64,000 nt of DNA. Origin: an uncultured Acidobacteriota bacterium (lineage in GTDB: Bacteria; Acidobacteriota; Thermoanaerobaculia; UBA5066; DATFVB01). The stretch lies in assembly GCA_963773815.1 (NCBI GenBank), contig CAVZCI010000014.1, positions 271,246-335,245 of the forward strand, given 5' to 3'. How positions within the stretch are numbered: position 1 is the first letter of the stretch; every line of letters starts with the position of its first letter. Position numbers and translations under genes: made by a program. Shown in pieces: positions 37,541 to 45,672 of this stretch. The notes below the pieces were generated by a model. It was not told the DNA's origin and searched no databases. It saw only the letters and a list, made by a program, of their open reading frames with translations.

Positions 37541-38422
37541 TTAGAGGGGCCGTTCCCCGGAGGGCCTGACCGCGAGGACGAGGATGTCCTGGCCGGTCAG
37601 GACGGCGGACGACCCCGGGTAGAAGCCTTCGATGCTTCGTTCGATTCGAAGGCCGGCGTCCGAGATCATCGCCTCGAAGAACGGCCGCGAAAAAGCGACG
37701 GCCGCGTGCGGCCGGCTCCGGATCTTCCATCGCGATGAACCGTTCCCGGCCAAAAACGGAAACGCGGGAACCTCGCCCGCGGGGTCGAAGAGGAACGCCG
37801 TGACGAGCGCCCGACCGCCCGGCGCGAGAACGCGCCCGATCTCCCGGAGGTACGCGGCGGCCTCCGGCGAGAGGAGGTGGGTGAACAGCGATTTCGCGAG
37901 GGCGAAATCGCACGTTCCGCCGGCGGCCGGAAATCGGAGCTCGCGGGCGTTGCCGGAGGACCGGCGGCTGAACGGGGTGCGGATCTCGGCGATTTCGAAC
38001 CGAAAGCGCGGGTCGCCGCGGAATCTTCGCCGGCACCAGCGGATCGACGGCGCGTGCACGTCGAAGCCGATGTATTTTCCACGGTCTCCGAGCCTTTCCT
38101 GGAGCTCGAGGGCGGCCGCGCCCGCACCGCATCCCGCGTCGAGCACAACGGCGTCGGGCGCGAGAAGAGAGAGTCGCGAGATCAGGTCGGCGGTATCGCG
38201 GGCGCTTCGCGAGAAATTCGCGACCGGTCCCGTGTGGCGGCGAAGCCAGAGCGGAGGCAGTCCTTCTTTTCGGAAGCACCGCTCGAGCGGCCCGCAGGCC
38301 CGGAGCGCCGCGGTCCTCGCGAACCGCGCGAGGTCGATCAGGGGCGCCGGCAATCGTGAGAGGTTCATCGTTCCATTCGGCTTCGGCCGGTGCGCGAGTC
38401 TAGCAGCCTGCGAATGGAACAT
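37541..38422 (-). CDS. class I SAM-dependent methyltransferase
   Basis: Motif I VVLDAGCGAGAAAL. Start at ATG 38422 (MFHS...) or ATG 38368 (MNLSRLP...). The longer ORF to 38677 overlaps the next gene and is rejected. Confidence 0.7.
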   Translation of the reverse strand: MFHSQAARLAHRPKPNGTMNLSRLPAPLIDLARFARTAALRACGPLERCFRKEGLPPLWLRRHTGPVANFSRSARDTADLISRLSLLAPDAVVLDAGCGAGAAALELQERLGDRGKYIGFDVHAPSIRWCRRRFRGDPRFRFEIAEIRTPFSRRSSGNARELRFPAAGGTCDFALAKSLFTHLLSPEAAAYLREIGRVLAPGGRALVTAFLFDPAGEVPAFPFLAGNGSSRWKIRSRPHAAVAFSRPFFEAMISDAGLRIERSIEGFYPGSSAVLTGQDILVLAVRPSGERPL

Positions 38423-38445
38423 GGCCTCTCCCGACCCGGGAATAG

Positions 38446-38646
38446 TCACTTTCTCTTGTTCGGAACCTTTGCTCCCGCGCGCCGGGCTTCCGAGAGGCCG
38501 ATCGCGATCGCCTGCTTTCGGCTCGTCACCTTCTTGCCGGACCGGCCCGATCGAAGCTTTCCCTGCTTTCGTTCGTGCATCGCCCTCTCCACCTTCTTCG
38601 AGGCTGTACGTCCGTACTTTCTTCCGCTCGAGCTTTTCCTCGGCAT
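38446..38646 (-). CDS. small basic protein (DUF6496-like)
   Basis: 66 aa, Lys/Arg-rich, with the conserved core SRKQAIAIGLSEARRAGAKVP. Confidence 0.6.
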   Translation of the reverse strand: MPRKSSSGRKYGRTASKKVERAMHERKQGKLRSGRSGKKVTSRKQAIAIGLSEARRAGAKVPNKRK

Positions 38647-38707
38647 GAGTCGCTCCTTTCAGAGTTGATTGACGCAAGAACCGTGCTCAAACGGGGCGGG
38701 GCGGCGT

Positions 38708-39019
38708 TCAGAGCGTGGAGGCCGCCTCGCGGAATTCTTCGGCCATTCCGGTGTGGCGGTGCGATTCGGCGACGGCGGCTCCTTCGAGGAAAGCGGCCTT
38801 CGCTTCGTCCCGGCGGCCGAGCCGGTCGAGGGCGTGGCCGAGGAGCCGGTAGGCCGAGCCCTCGTCGCGAGCCTTCGAAAGGTAATCGCGGGCCGCGTTC
38901 ACGACCTCGTCCCAGCGTTCGCTCTTGTAGAGCTCGTTCACGATCATGTACAGCGTCAGCGTGTTGGCGGGGTCGGCCTGTCGCAATTTCTCGAGCTGTT
39001 CGAGGCGGTCGTTCGGCAT
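38708..39019 (-). CDS. TPR-repeat protein
   Basis: 103 aa all-helical. LYMIVNELYKSERWDEVVNAARDYL and AYRLLGHALDRLGRRDEAKAAFLEG are TPR-like pairs. Confidence 0.6.
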   Translation of the reverse strand: MPNDRLEQLEKLRQADPANTLTLYMIVNELYKSERWDEVVNAARDYLSKARDEGSAYRLLGHALDRLGRRDEAKAAFLEGAAVAESHRHTGMAEEFREAASTL

Positions 39020-39029
39020 GGGTGAATTT

Positions 39030-39306
39030 TAGTGTCCCGTAATGGAAATCGCTATAGCGTCGTTCGGATCGCCGTTGGGTCGGATGCGAGGCGACGCGAC
39101 GCAGGCGATGCCGAAGCATCGTCGAGGAGCGGCAACGAAGCAGGCGGCCCAACGGCGCCCGAACCCAAAGGGCGCCAGCACATTGTGGGCGATCTCGGCG
39201 TTGCGGCTCGGGTCCGATCGCTACGGCATCTGTCCCCTCGCCGCGCCTTGATCTCGCCCGCAAGCCACTGGCGCGACGCTACAGGGATTTCCATTACGGG
39301 ACACTA
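39030..39306. mobile_element. MITE-like non-autonomous element with 21-bp perfect terminal inverted repeats
   Basis: tagtgtcccgtaatggaaatc at 39030-39050 and its exact reverse complement at 39286-39306. The match extends to about 33 bp with 2 mismatches. TA sits at both outer ends. 277 bp with no credible ORF. Confidence 0.7.
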
Positions 39307-39420
39307 GCGCTTGACCGCGGAACGCGTTCCACCCTGTAGTCCAGGCGCTCGTCGCCCGGAGCGCCGGGAAAGATTCGGGATCACGCCTTCTTCAGCGTTC
39401 AAGAGAGGTATCATTCCGTC

Positions 39421-39762
39421 GTGAGGATTGAGCACTGCCGATCAGACTTTGCGAAGGCCATCGTCCTCGCGGTTGCTCTCTTCGTGGGCGGTTTCGGCGC
39501 GGGCCCCGCTGTGACTGCCGCCACGCCGCCTTGCTGCGATCCTGGCTCACCCTGCGCTCCCTCGGCTTCGCCGTCTCAGGCGCCGTCTCCGGCCGTTCTC
39601 CGGCGCGCCGACGATTCGATTACGAACCGAACGCGATGCGCCGACACCCTTCTCGTGAGTGCCAACCTGCGTGAGCCCCCGGCGGTTCTTTCCCGCTGCG
39701 CTGCTCGAATCGTCCCCGTCGCGAGCGGCCGACAGAACCCGTCTCCACCCCTCCGGATCTGA
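39421..39762 (+). CDS. small Cys-rich (PPCC) putative exported protein
   Basis: GTG start, hydrophobic AIVLAVALFVGGFGAG, then TPPCCDPGSPC. Weak coding signal and P/S/A-rich. Supported mainly by analogy to 43986-44327. Confidence 0.35.
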   Translation: MRIEHCRSDFAKAIVLAVALFVGGFGAGPAVTAATPPCCDPGSPCAPSASPSQAPSPAVLRRADDSITNRTRCADTLLVSANLREPPAVLSRCAARIVPVASGRQNPSPPLRI

Positions 39763-39830
39763 TCGCTTCTCCCTGATCCGTCTTCTGAAAATGCTTGTCT
39801 CGCCTCCGGGCGAGCCGAAGGGAGGAAAAA

Positions 39831-41088
39831 TTGAAGACTTCCGGAGTTTTTTCCATGGCGCTGTTTCTCATGCGCGTCGCCAGTGCGCAAATGGCAGGAA
39901 TGAACATGTCCACTGAGCAGACGCTGAATTCCCCGAATCCCGATCCCATGACGACGATGGAATCCATGGAGGCGATGGATCACTGGATGACGATGATCCA
40001 CGGCTACGCGTTTCTGAACGCGAACCGCCAGGGAGGGCCGTCGGGCGGCCGCGAATTCGATTCGCAGAACCACTTCATGCTGATGGCGATCAAGAAGGGG
40101 CCGGCGGAAAGCTCTCGCTCCTGGGGACGTTCACTCTGGAGCCGGCGACGATCCCGGCCGGAGGGATCGCGCGAGCTTTTCCAGCGCGGCGAGACCTATC
40201 ACAACATCTTGCTCGTCGACCGGCAGCACCCGCACGATCTCTTCGTCCAGCTCGCGGCGGCGTGGGAGAAAGAGACCGGTGCCGGGAAGGTCCGGCTTTA
40301 TCTCGCGCCGATCGGAGAGCCGGCGCTCGGGCCGGTGGCTTACCCGCACCGGCTCTCCGCTTCGGAGAATCCGACGGCACCTCTTTCCCACCACAACCAG
40401 GACTCGACGCACATCGCCGCGGACGTTGTCTCGGTATCGGTGGAGCCCGTCGATCTTCACGCTCGAAGCCTCGGCGTTTCACGGCCGCGAGCCGGACGAG
40501 AACCGGTGGGACATCGAGCAGGGGAGCATCGACTCGTATTCGGGAAGGTTGTGGATCCGTCCGACGCCGGAGCTCTCGATCCAGGTCTCTTCGGGACATC
40601 TCGAGCATCCGGAAAAGCTCGAAAGCGGAAGCCAGACGCGGACGACCGGATCGGTCCAATACCAGGTTTCGACTTCCGGCGGGTTCGTCGCGGCGACGCT
40701 CGGCGCCGGAAAGAACCAGACCTCGACCGGGCCGGAGTGGGGAAACCTCTTCGAGCTCACCTGGAAGTTCGGCGGGAAGAACTTTCTGTACGGAAGGGCC
40801 GAATCGGTCGATCGGGACCTGTTCGAGCTGCGCAACAAGGTCCAGCGCCCCGAAACCGTTCCGCCTCACCGGACGTCTATCCAGGCCGCGACCCTCGGCT
40901 ACGTGAGGGATTTCCCGTGGCTTTCGGAGGCGGAAACCGGCCTCGGCGCGGATGCGACGGTCTACCGCTTCTCGTCGAAGCTCGACGCCGTGTACGGCGC
41001 GCATCCGGTCTCCGTGCACGGGTTTCTCAGAGTCCGGTTCGGATCACACGGGGAGCCGCACGGCGAGCACGACCATATGAAGATGTGA
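39831..41088 (+). pseudogene. metal-island beta-barrel-like protein of unknown function, about 3 frameshifts
   Basis: SD AAGGGAGG 5 nt before TTG 39831 gives the signal LKTSGVFSMALFLMRVASA. Conserved MIHGYAFLNANRQGG...FDSQNHFMLMA, (shifted) GGKLSLLGTFTLEPATIPAGG, LFQRGETYHNILLVDRQHPHDLF, then the 40279-frame part ending in a His-rich tail HGEPHGEHDHMKM. Confidence 0.55.
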
Positions 41089-41109
41089 TTGTGGAGAAAA
41101 TGCCGGGCC

Positions 41110-41370
41110 TTACCCGTTCCGGCGGGCGAAAATCAGGATCACCGCCACGACGCCGGCGACGGCGAGTAGCCCGAGGACCCACACTCCGGCCCCGACGCCG
41201 CCCATCGTTCCGCCCAGAGTTCCACCCATGTGTCCACTCGTCGATCCGCCCATCATTCCGCCGCCTGTCATTGACCCGTGCCCCAGCCAGGAGCCCAGGA
41301 CCAGGATGAGTGCGATCCCTCCAATGACGGCGAGCACGAGCAGAACCGGGTTGGAGTTGCGTTGAGCCAT
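41110..41370 (-). CDS. Gly/Met/His-rich two-TM mini membrane protein
   Basis: SD AAAGGAG. 86 aa: TM, then the loop GHGSMTGGGMMGGSTSGHMGGTLGGTMGG, then TM. Confidence 0.6.
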   Translation of the reverse strand: MAQRNSNPVLLVLAVIGGIALILVLGSWLGHGSMTGGGMMGGSTSGHMGGTLGGTMGGVGAGVWVLGLLAVAGVVAVILIFARRNG

Positions 41371-41493
41371 CGGAGACTCCTTTCAGGTTTGCTTGATCGT
41401 CCGCTTCAACTTCGCCTCCACCGTGTCGGCGACCGCTGTGAGTTTCGGGGGGTTTCGAGAATGACCTCTCCAAAAGAAATTCCCGGGCCAGGG

Positions 41494-41880
41494 TTACATT
41501 TTCTTATGGTCCTTCATGTCGCCCATGGTCATGGTCATGTCGTGCGCCATCATCTTTCCGTCGCGCATCATGTAGTGAACGTGCGCCGCCGAGCCTTCCA
41601 TCATGTCGCCCGTGACCTTGGTGGAATCGTCCCAGTACATCGTCATTTCCTTGCCCTTGGAATCCTTCATCATCATCAGCTTGCCGTCTTTGTCCATCCT
41701 GGTGACGGTACCCCTGGCGGACATCATTTTCATGTGTTTCATGCTGCCGGACTTCATCATCGAGTCGGATTTCATGTCCTTGGAGTTCATCGAATTGTCA
41801 TTTTTCATGGCGTCCTGCCCGAAGACCAGAGCGCCGGTACAGAGCGTCAGGACCGAAAACAGAGTTAAGAAACGTTTCAC
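41494..41880 (-). CDS. Met-rich periplasmic copper-binding protein with CusF-like core
   Basis: SD AAGGAGG 5 nt before GTG 41880. Signal VKRFLTLFSVLTLCTGALVFG. Many MxM/MxxM repeats. The core GTVTRMDKDGKLMMMKDSKGKEMTMYWDD parallels the CusF WPEMTMRF metal site. Confidence 0.65.
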   Translation of the reverse strand: MKRFLTLFSVLTLCTGALVFGQDAMKNDNSMNSKDMKSDSMMKSGSMKHMKMMSARGTVTRMDKDGKLMMMKDSKGKEMTMYWDDSTKVTGDMMEGSAAHVHYMMRDGKMMAHDMTMTMGDMKDHKKM

Positions 41881-41978
41881 GGGAACCTCCTTCATTCAAA
41901 AACGATCGCGAGAAAAGCGCGGTCGCTGCCGATCAAAATATTGCCGGGACGACGGTAAGTCGTTCGCATTCTGGCGCG

Positions 41979-42170
41979 CTATCCGCAGCAGCCTCCGGAC
42001 TTGCCCTCCGGCTTGGCACCGGCGGGCGCGGACAGAAAGCTTTTCCGGCAGTGGTCGCTGCAAAAGTAGAACGTCTTTCCATCACGCTCGGCGTGGAGCT
42101 CGGTTGCTTCGTCCACCGTCATTCCACAGATGGGATCTTTTGTCACGGATTTCGATTCTGTCAAAGCCAT
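41979..42170 (-). CDS. YHS-domain metal-binding protein
   Basis: 63 aa. DPICGMTVDEATELHAERDGKTFYFCSDHCRKSF is the YHS/TRASH pattern. C-terminal GGCCG. Confidence 0.8.
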   Translation of the reverse strand: MALTESKSVTKDPICGMTVDEATELHAERDGKTFYFCSDHCRKSFLSAPAGAKPEGKSGGCCG

Positions 42171-42211
42171 GTTCCCTTCTTTCTTGCGGCCCCTCGGGCC
42201 GCGTGTACGTC

Positions 42212-42282
42212 TCCACAATGGCGCAGCTCCGTTTCGGAATCCAATCGTTTGTTTGGATCGTAGTGAGACGTTGGAATGATCG
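42212..42282 (-). promoter_or_regulatory. conserved 71-nt upstream element, copy 1 (before the YHS operon)
   Basis: About 89 percent identical to 43833-43903, with a 32-nt identical core ccgtttcggaatccaatcgtttgtttggatcg containing the dyad ATCCAA-N8-TTGGAT. Lies 42 nt upstream of the start codon. Confidence 0.6.
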
Positions 42283-42319
42283 CTCAGGTCCCGGCGACGC
42301 ACATCGCGGCCATGTGTGA

Positions 42320-43114
42320 TCAGAGGGGGTGACTGGCTTTCGGCTTCTCGATTACGAACACTTCGAAGGGCCACAGCGGCACGCCGAGGCGCCGCTGGAA
42401 GATCAGCTGCCCGCCCAGCGCGAGCAGCGTCGGAAGCGCCTCGACGGCGCGGCAGCCCAGAGAGAGCGCGGGGATGCGCCACGCGAGTTCTTCGATTGCG
42501 CAGCCGAGAAGCCGCGACAGAGGATTCGACGGCTCCGACGAATGCGCCGCGCCGATGCGCCCGCCCGGTCGGGTCACCCGCCAGATTTCCCTGGCGACGC
42601 GGGACGGGTCGCCGACCGGGCAGAGGCTGTATGTCGAGAGCACGCAGTCGAAGGAAGAGTCGTCGAAGGGAAGCGCCATCATGTCGGCGGCGCGGAGCTC
42701 CGCGCGGTCCAGCAGTCCCGAGGCTGCGAGCTTGGCGCGCGCCTGCGCGAGCATTCCTTCGCTCGAATCGAGCAGGACGGCGCTCGACCCCGGCCCGCCG
42801 GCCTGAAGCGCCAGGAGCGCCGTGCTCCCGGTTCCTGAGCCGGCGTCGAGGATCCGATCGCCAGGCCGTACGGCATGGCCAGCGAGCAACCGTCTGCCCC
42901 GTCCATCGGACCAGAGCGTCAGAAGGCCGTGTTGAAAATCGTAGCGGCGCGCGGCTTGGTTGTAGACCGAGTGGAGGCGTTCGAACGGAAGGGCCGGGCG
43001 CATGGACCTGTCCGGCAGCTCAGGACGCTGCCGAGCCGGACTTCGCGCGAAAGCCTCGACATTCAGCTTCATCGAACAACCTCTTCGCGAAATCATACGT
43101 GCGGGTTGCGCCAC
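42320..43114 (-). CDS. class I SAM-dependent methyltransferase (UbiE/COQ5-like)
   Basis: Motif I RILDAGSGTGSTAL and post-I LLDSSEGML. Start at ATG 43114 or 43072. Confidence 0.7.
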   Translation of the reverse strand: MAQPARMISRRGCSMKLNVEAFARSPARQRPELPDRSMRPALPFERLHSVYNQAARRYDFQHGLLTLWSDGRGRRLLAGHAVRPGDRILDAGSGTGSTALLALQAGGPGSSAVLLDSSEGMLAQARAKLAASGLLDRAELRAADMMALPFDDSSFDCVLSTYSLCPVGDPSRVAREIWRVTRPGGRIGAAHSSEPSNPLSRLLGCAIEELAWRIPALSLGCRAVEALPTLLALGGQLIFQRRLGVPLWPFEVFVIEKPKASHPL

Positions 43115-43155
43115 TGTGTATTCCGGGCGAACACGGAGGTCGCCCGATTGGGGTG

Positions 43156-43186
43156 TCCGATCGTGTATTTGGATCGCGGTGTGACG
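43156..43186 (-). promoter_or_regulatory. partial third copy of the conserved upstream element
   Basis: tccgatcgtgtatttggatcgcggtgtgacg aligns with the distal half of the 71-nt element (tccaatcgtttgtttggatcgcggtgagacg). Lies upstream of the methyltransferase gene. Confidence 0.4.
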
Positions 43187-43235
43187 TGAAAACGGTCGCC
43201 TCCGCCCGGCCCCGGCGGGCCTTACCGAGGCCCCG

Positions 43236-43643
43236 CTAAACTCCCTCGAGCGCCCGCTTCAGCTTTGCTTCCGCCTCGTCGGCGATCGGGGCGATTTCCG
43301 GGTTCTCGACGATTCGGAACATGGCGCGCGGGTCCGCGATCGAAACGGTCGTCGCATCGGCCGTTTCCATCACGAGGATGTTGCACGGCAGCAGGAGCCC
43401 GATGTAAGGATCGGCGGTAAGCGCGCGGTGCGCGAGCGCCGGATTGCAGGCGCCGAGAATCACGTAAGGGGGATAATCGACGTCGAGCTTCTTCTTCAAG
43501 GTTTCCCGAACGTCGATCTCCGTCAGCACGCCGAAGCCCTCGGCTTTCAGAGCTTCCGTGACGCGGCGGACGGCCTCGTCGAAGCCGACGCCGGGGAGGC
43601 GCCTCGTCAGGCCGTAGCTCGGGTCGGGGATCGGCGAAGTCAT
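43236..43643 (-). CDS. DUF302 domain protein
   Basis: 135 aa. FDEAVRRVTEALKAEGFGVLTEIDV...PPYVILGACNP...LLPCNILV is the DUF302 pattern. The ATG overlaps the upstream stop (ATGA). Confidence 0.75.
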   Translation of the reverse strand: MTSPIPDPSYGLTRRLPGVGFDEAVRRVTEALKAEGFGVLTEIDVRETLKKKLDVDYPPYVILGACNPALAHRALTADPYIGLLLPCNILVMETADATTVSIADPRAMFRIVENPEIAPIADEAEAKLKRALEGV

Positions 43644-43756
43644 GGTGGCGTTTTTTGCCCGAAACTCTTGAAGACGAGCCAGAGAACGCCGATCGCGATC
43701 ACGATCCCAAGGATCCACCAGGCGTTTCCGCCGCCCATCCCGTAGCTTCCGTGCAT
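43640..43756 (-). CDS. 38-aa Gly-rich single-TM mini protein
   Basis: SD AAAGGAG 6 nt before ATG 43756. MHGSYGMGGGNAWWILGIVIAIGVLWLVFKSFGQKTPP. Translationally coupled to the DUF302 gene. Confidence 0.5.
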   Translation of the reverse strand: MHGSYGMGGGNAWWILGIVIAIGVLWLVFKSFGQKTPP

Positions 43757-43832
43757 TTCGAGCTCCTTTCGAGCCATCGCGGCTTCCCGTCGGGTGGCGT
43801 TTCTCGGCCTCTGGTTGGCCGCCCGCCGTCTG

Positions 43833-43903
43833 TCCACGATGGCGCGGCCCCGTTTCGGAATCCAATCGTTTGTTTGGATCGCGGTGAGACGTTTGAAGCA
43901 TCG
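43833..43903 (-). promoter_or_regulatory. conserved 71-nt upstream element, copy 2 (before the mini-protein/DUF302 operon)
   Basis: See 42212-42282. Lies 77 nt upstream of ATG 43756. Confidence 0.6.
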
Positions 43904-43985
43904 AACGCGCACGGTCACCGCATGGAAATGAGATGCAAATGGATCAGGAGCAGCCTTCCGGCTTCGGGTGTACCCTAGATCGGTG

Positions 43986-44327
43986 ATGAAACGCGTCTCG
44001 ATCGCCTTTCTGGGAGTTGTTCTCCTCTCGGCGTGGGGCATGCCGTTTCATCCGCCCTGCTGCGGCTTCCGCGATTCCGCGCGAACGACCGTCGAGTCGA
44101 ATTGCTGCCCGAATCAAGGGTGCCCGCTCGCCCAGGCCCGTGGCGCCGCGCCCGCGTCGATCGCGAAAGCGGATTCCCTCGAAGCCGCGCCTTTGATTTC
44201 CCCGGCATCGGCGTTCGCGTGGATTCCGCGACACGATCCGTCGAGCTTTTCGACGCTCGTCGATTCCCGCTCTTCGCCGCCCCGCGCGCGCCCGACCGCC
44301 GCTTTCCTGTCCGTCTTCCGGGTCTGA
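43986..44327 (+). CDS. small Cys-rich (PPCC) exported protein preceding cusC
   Basis: Signal MKRVSIAFLGVVLLSAWG, then FHPPCCGF...SNCCPNQGCP. Sits immediately upstream of the efflux operon. Confidence 0.45.
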   Translation: MKRVSIAFLGVVLLSAWGMPFHPPCCGFRDSARTTVESNCCPNQGCPLAQARGAAPASIAKADSLEAAPLISPASAFAWIPRHDPSSFSTLVDSRSSPPRARPTAAFLSVFRV

Positions 44328-44388
44328 TCCCGCCTCCCCTCGGGTAAGAACCCGAGCCCTCTTCCCGTCTTCGCAAAGGAGTTGGTTT

Positions 44389-45672
44389 ATGCGGATGCTC
44401 CCGCTCTTCGGTGTTTTGGTCTTGAATGTTCTGTCTCTTCGCGCGCAGGCATCCGGCTGGCGCGAAAGACTCTCGGACGCGATCCGGATCGCGACGTCGC
44501 AAAACCCGGACCTCGCGCGAATGGACGCGGAAATCCGCGCCGCGGGAGAACGCGCCCGGCAGGCCGACGCGCTTCCGGACCCGGAGCTGTCGGTCGGCGC
44601 GATGAACGTGCCGACGGATCTCTCGTTCACCCGGGAGGACATGACGATGAAAACCGTCGGCATTTCGCAGGCGCTCCCTCCGGCGGGAATGCGCAGGAGC
44701 TCCCGGCTCGCCGCGGAAGCCGGGGCGAGAGCGATCGAGAAGGAACACATGCACCACCTGTACGAGGTCGCCGCGCGCACCGCCCGGGCGTTCTTCGACC
44801 TCGCCGCCCTCGACCGAAAACTCGCGATCGCCCGGGAGACGGATGGCCTTCTCGCCGACGACACGCGGGTTGCCGAGGACCGGTACCGGGTCGGACGCGG
44901 AGTGCAGGCGGACGTGCTTCGCGCGAGCCTCGAAAAGACCCGGCTCTCGAAAGAGATCGTCCGGATGGAAGGGGATCGCCGGGCGGCGGCGGCGGAATTC
45001 AACTCGCTCCTGGCGCAGCCGGCCGAGACCGTCGTTGCGCCGATCGAAGAGATCGATCCGGAGGAGTCCATGCCGGACCGAGACGCGTTTCTCGCCCGGG
45101 CGCTTTCCGAGAGCCCGGTCCTCGCGCACTACGACGAGGAGATCGAGAGGGCCCGGCAGGAGGCGCGCCGGGCGCGGCTCGAACGCCGGCCGGCGTGGAG
45201 CCTCTCGGCCACTTACGGCGAGAGGGAGCACCGCGACGACATGGTTTCCGCAACGGTCGGTCTCTCGCTGCCCTTTTTTCATCCCGTTCGGCTCTCTTCG
45301 CGAGCGGCCGAGGCGGACGCGATGGTCGAAGCGGCGCGCGCCGGGCGGTCCGACGTGGAGCTGAAGCTGCGCGGCGACGTCGAAAGCGCTCTCGCCCGGC
45401 TCGAGAGCGATGTGAAGCAGTCCGCTCTCTTCCGCGAGGCGATCCTTCCGCAGGCGGAGATCAACGACCGGGCCGCGCGAGAATCGTACGCCGTCGGCTC
45501 GATCGACTTCGCCACGCTCGTGGCCGCGTCGGTCGATCTCCAGACCTTCCGGTCCGAGTATGCCGAGCGCCTCTCGGCGATCGGCCGCGACCGCGCCGAC
45601 CTCCAGATGGCCGCGGGGCTTCCTCTTTTGCCCGGAACGCCCGGGATGGAGCACGACCATGAAACGAAATAG
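44389..45672 (+). CDS. TolC-family outer-membrane efflux protein (CusC/CzcC-like)
   Basis: 427 aa with a signal peptide and two OEP repeats (ALPDPELSVG..., RYRVGRGVQADVLRA...). Overlaps the cusB start. Confidence 0.8.
   Translation: MRMLPLFGVLVLNVLSLRAQASGWRERLSDAIRIATSQNPDLARMDAEIRAAGERARQADALPDPELSVGAMNVPTDLSFTREDMTMKTVGISQALPPAGMRRSSRLAAEAGARAIEKEHMHHLYEVAARTARAFFDLAALDRKLAIARETDGLLADDTRVAEDRYRVGRGVQADVLRASLEKTRLSKEIVRMEGDRRAAAAEFNSLLAQPAETVVAPIEEIDPEESMPDRDAFLARALSESPVLAHYDEEIERARQEARRARLERRPAWSLSATYGEREHRDDMVSATVGLSLPFFHPVRLSSRAAEADAMVEAARAGRSDVELKLRGDVESALARLESDVKQSALFREAILPQAEINDRAARESYAVGSIDFATLVAASVDLQTFRSEYAERLSAIGRDRADLQMAAGLPLLPGTPGMEHDHETK

Noticed and set aside
37343-37738. 131-aa (+) ORF starting in the AT-rich OMP2 promoter region
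   Set aside because: It has no ribosome-binding site, and it runs antisense into the 3' end of the methyltransferase gene. It is probably non-coding intergenic sequence.
39032-39307. Three 69-91-aa ORFs inside the MITE
   Set aside because: They are mutually overlapping on both strands, Arg/Ala-rich, and bounded by the inverted repeats. They have no start context.
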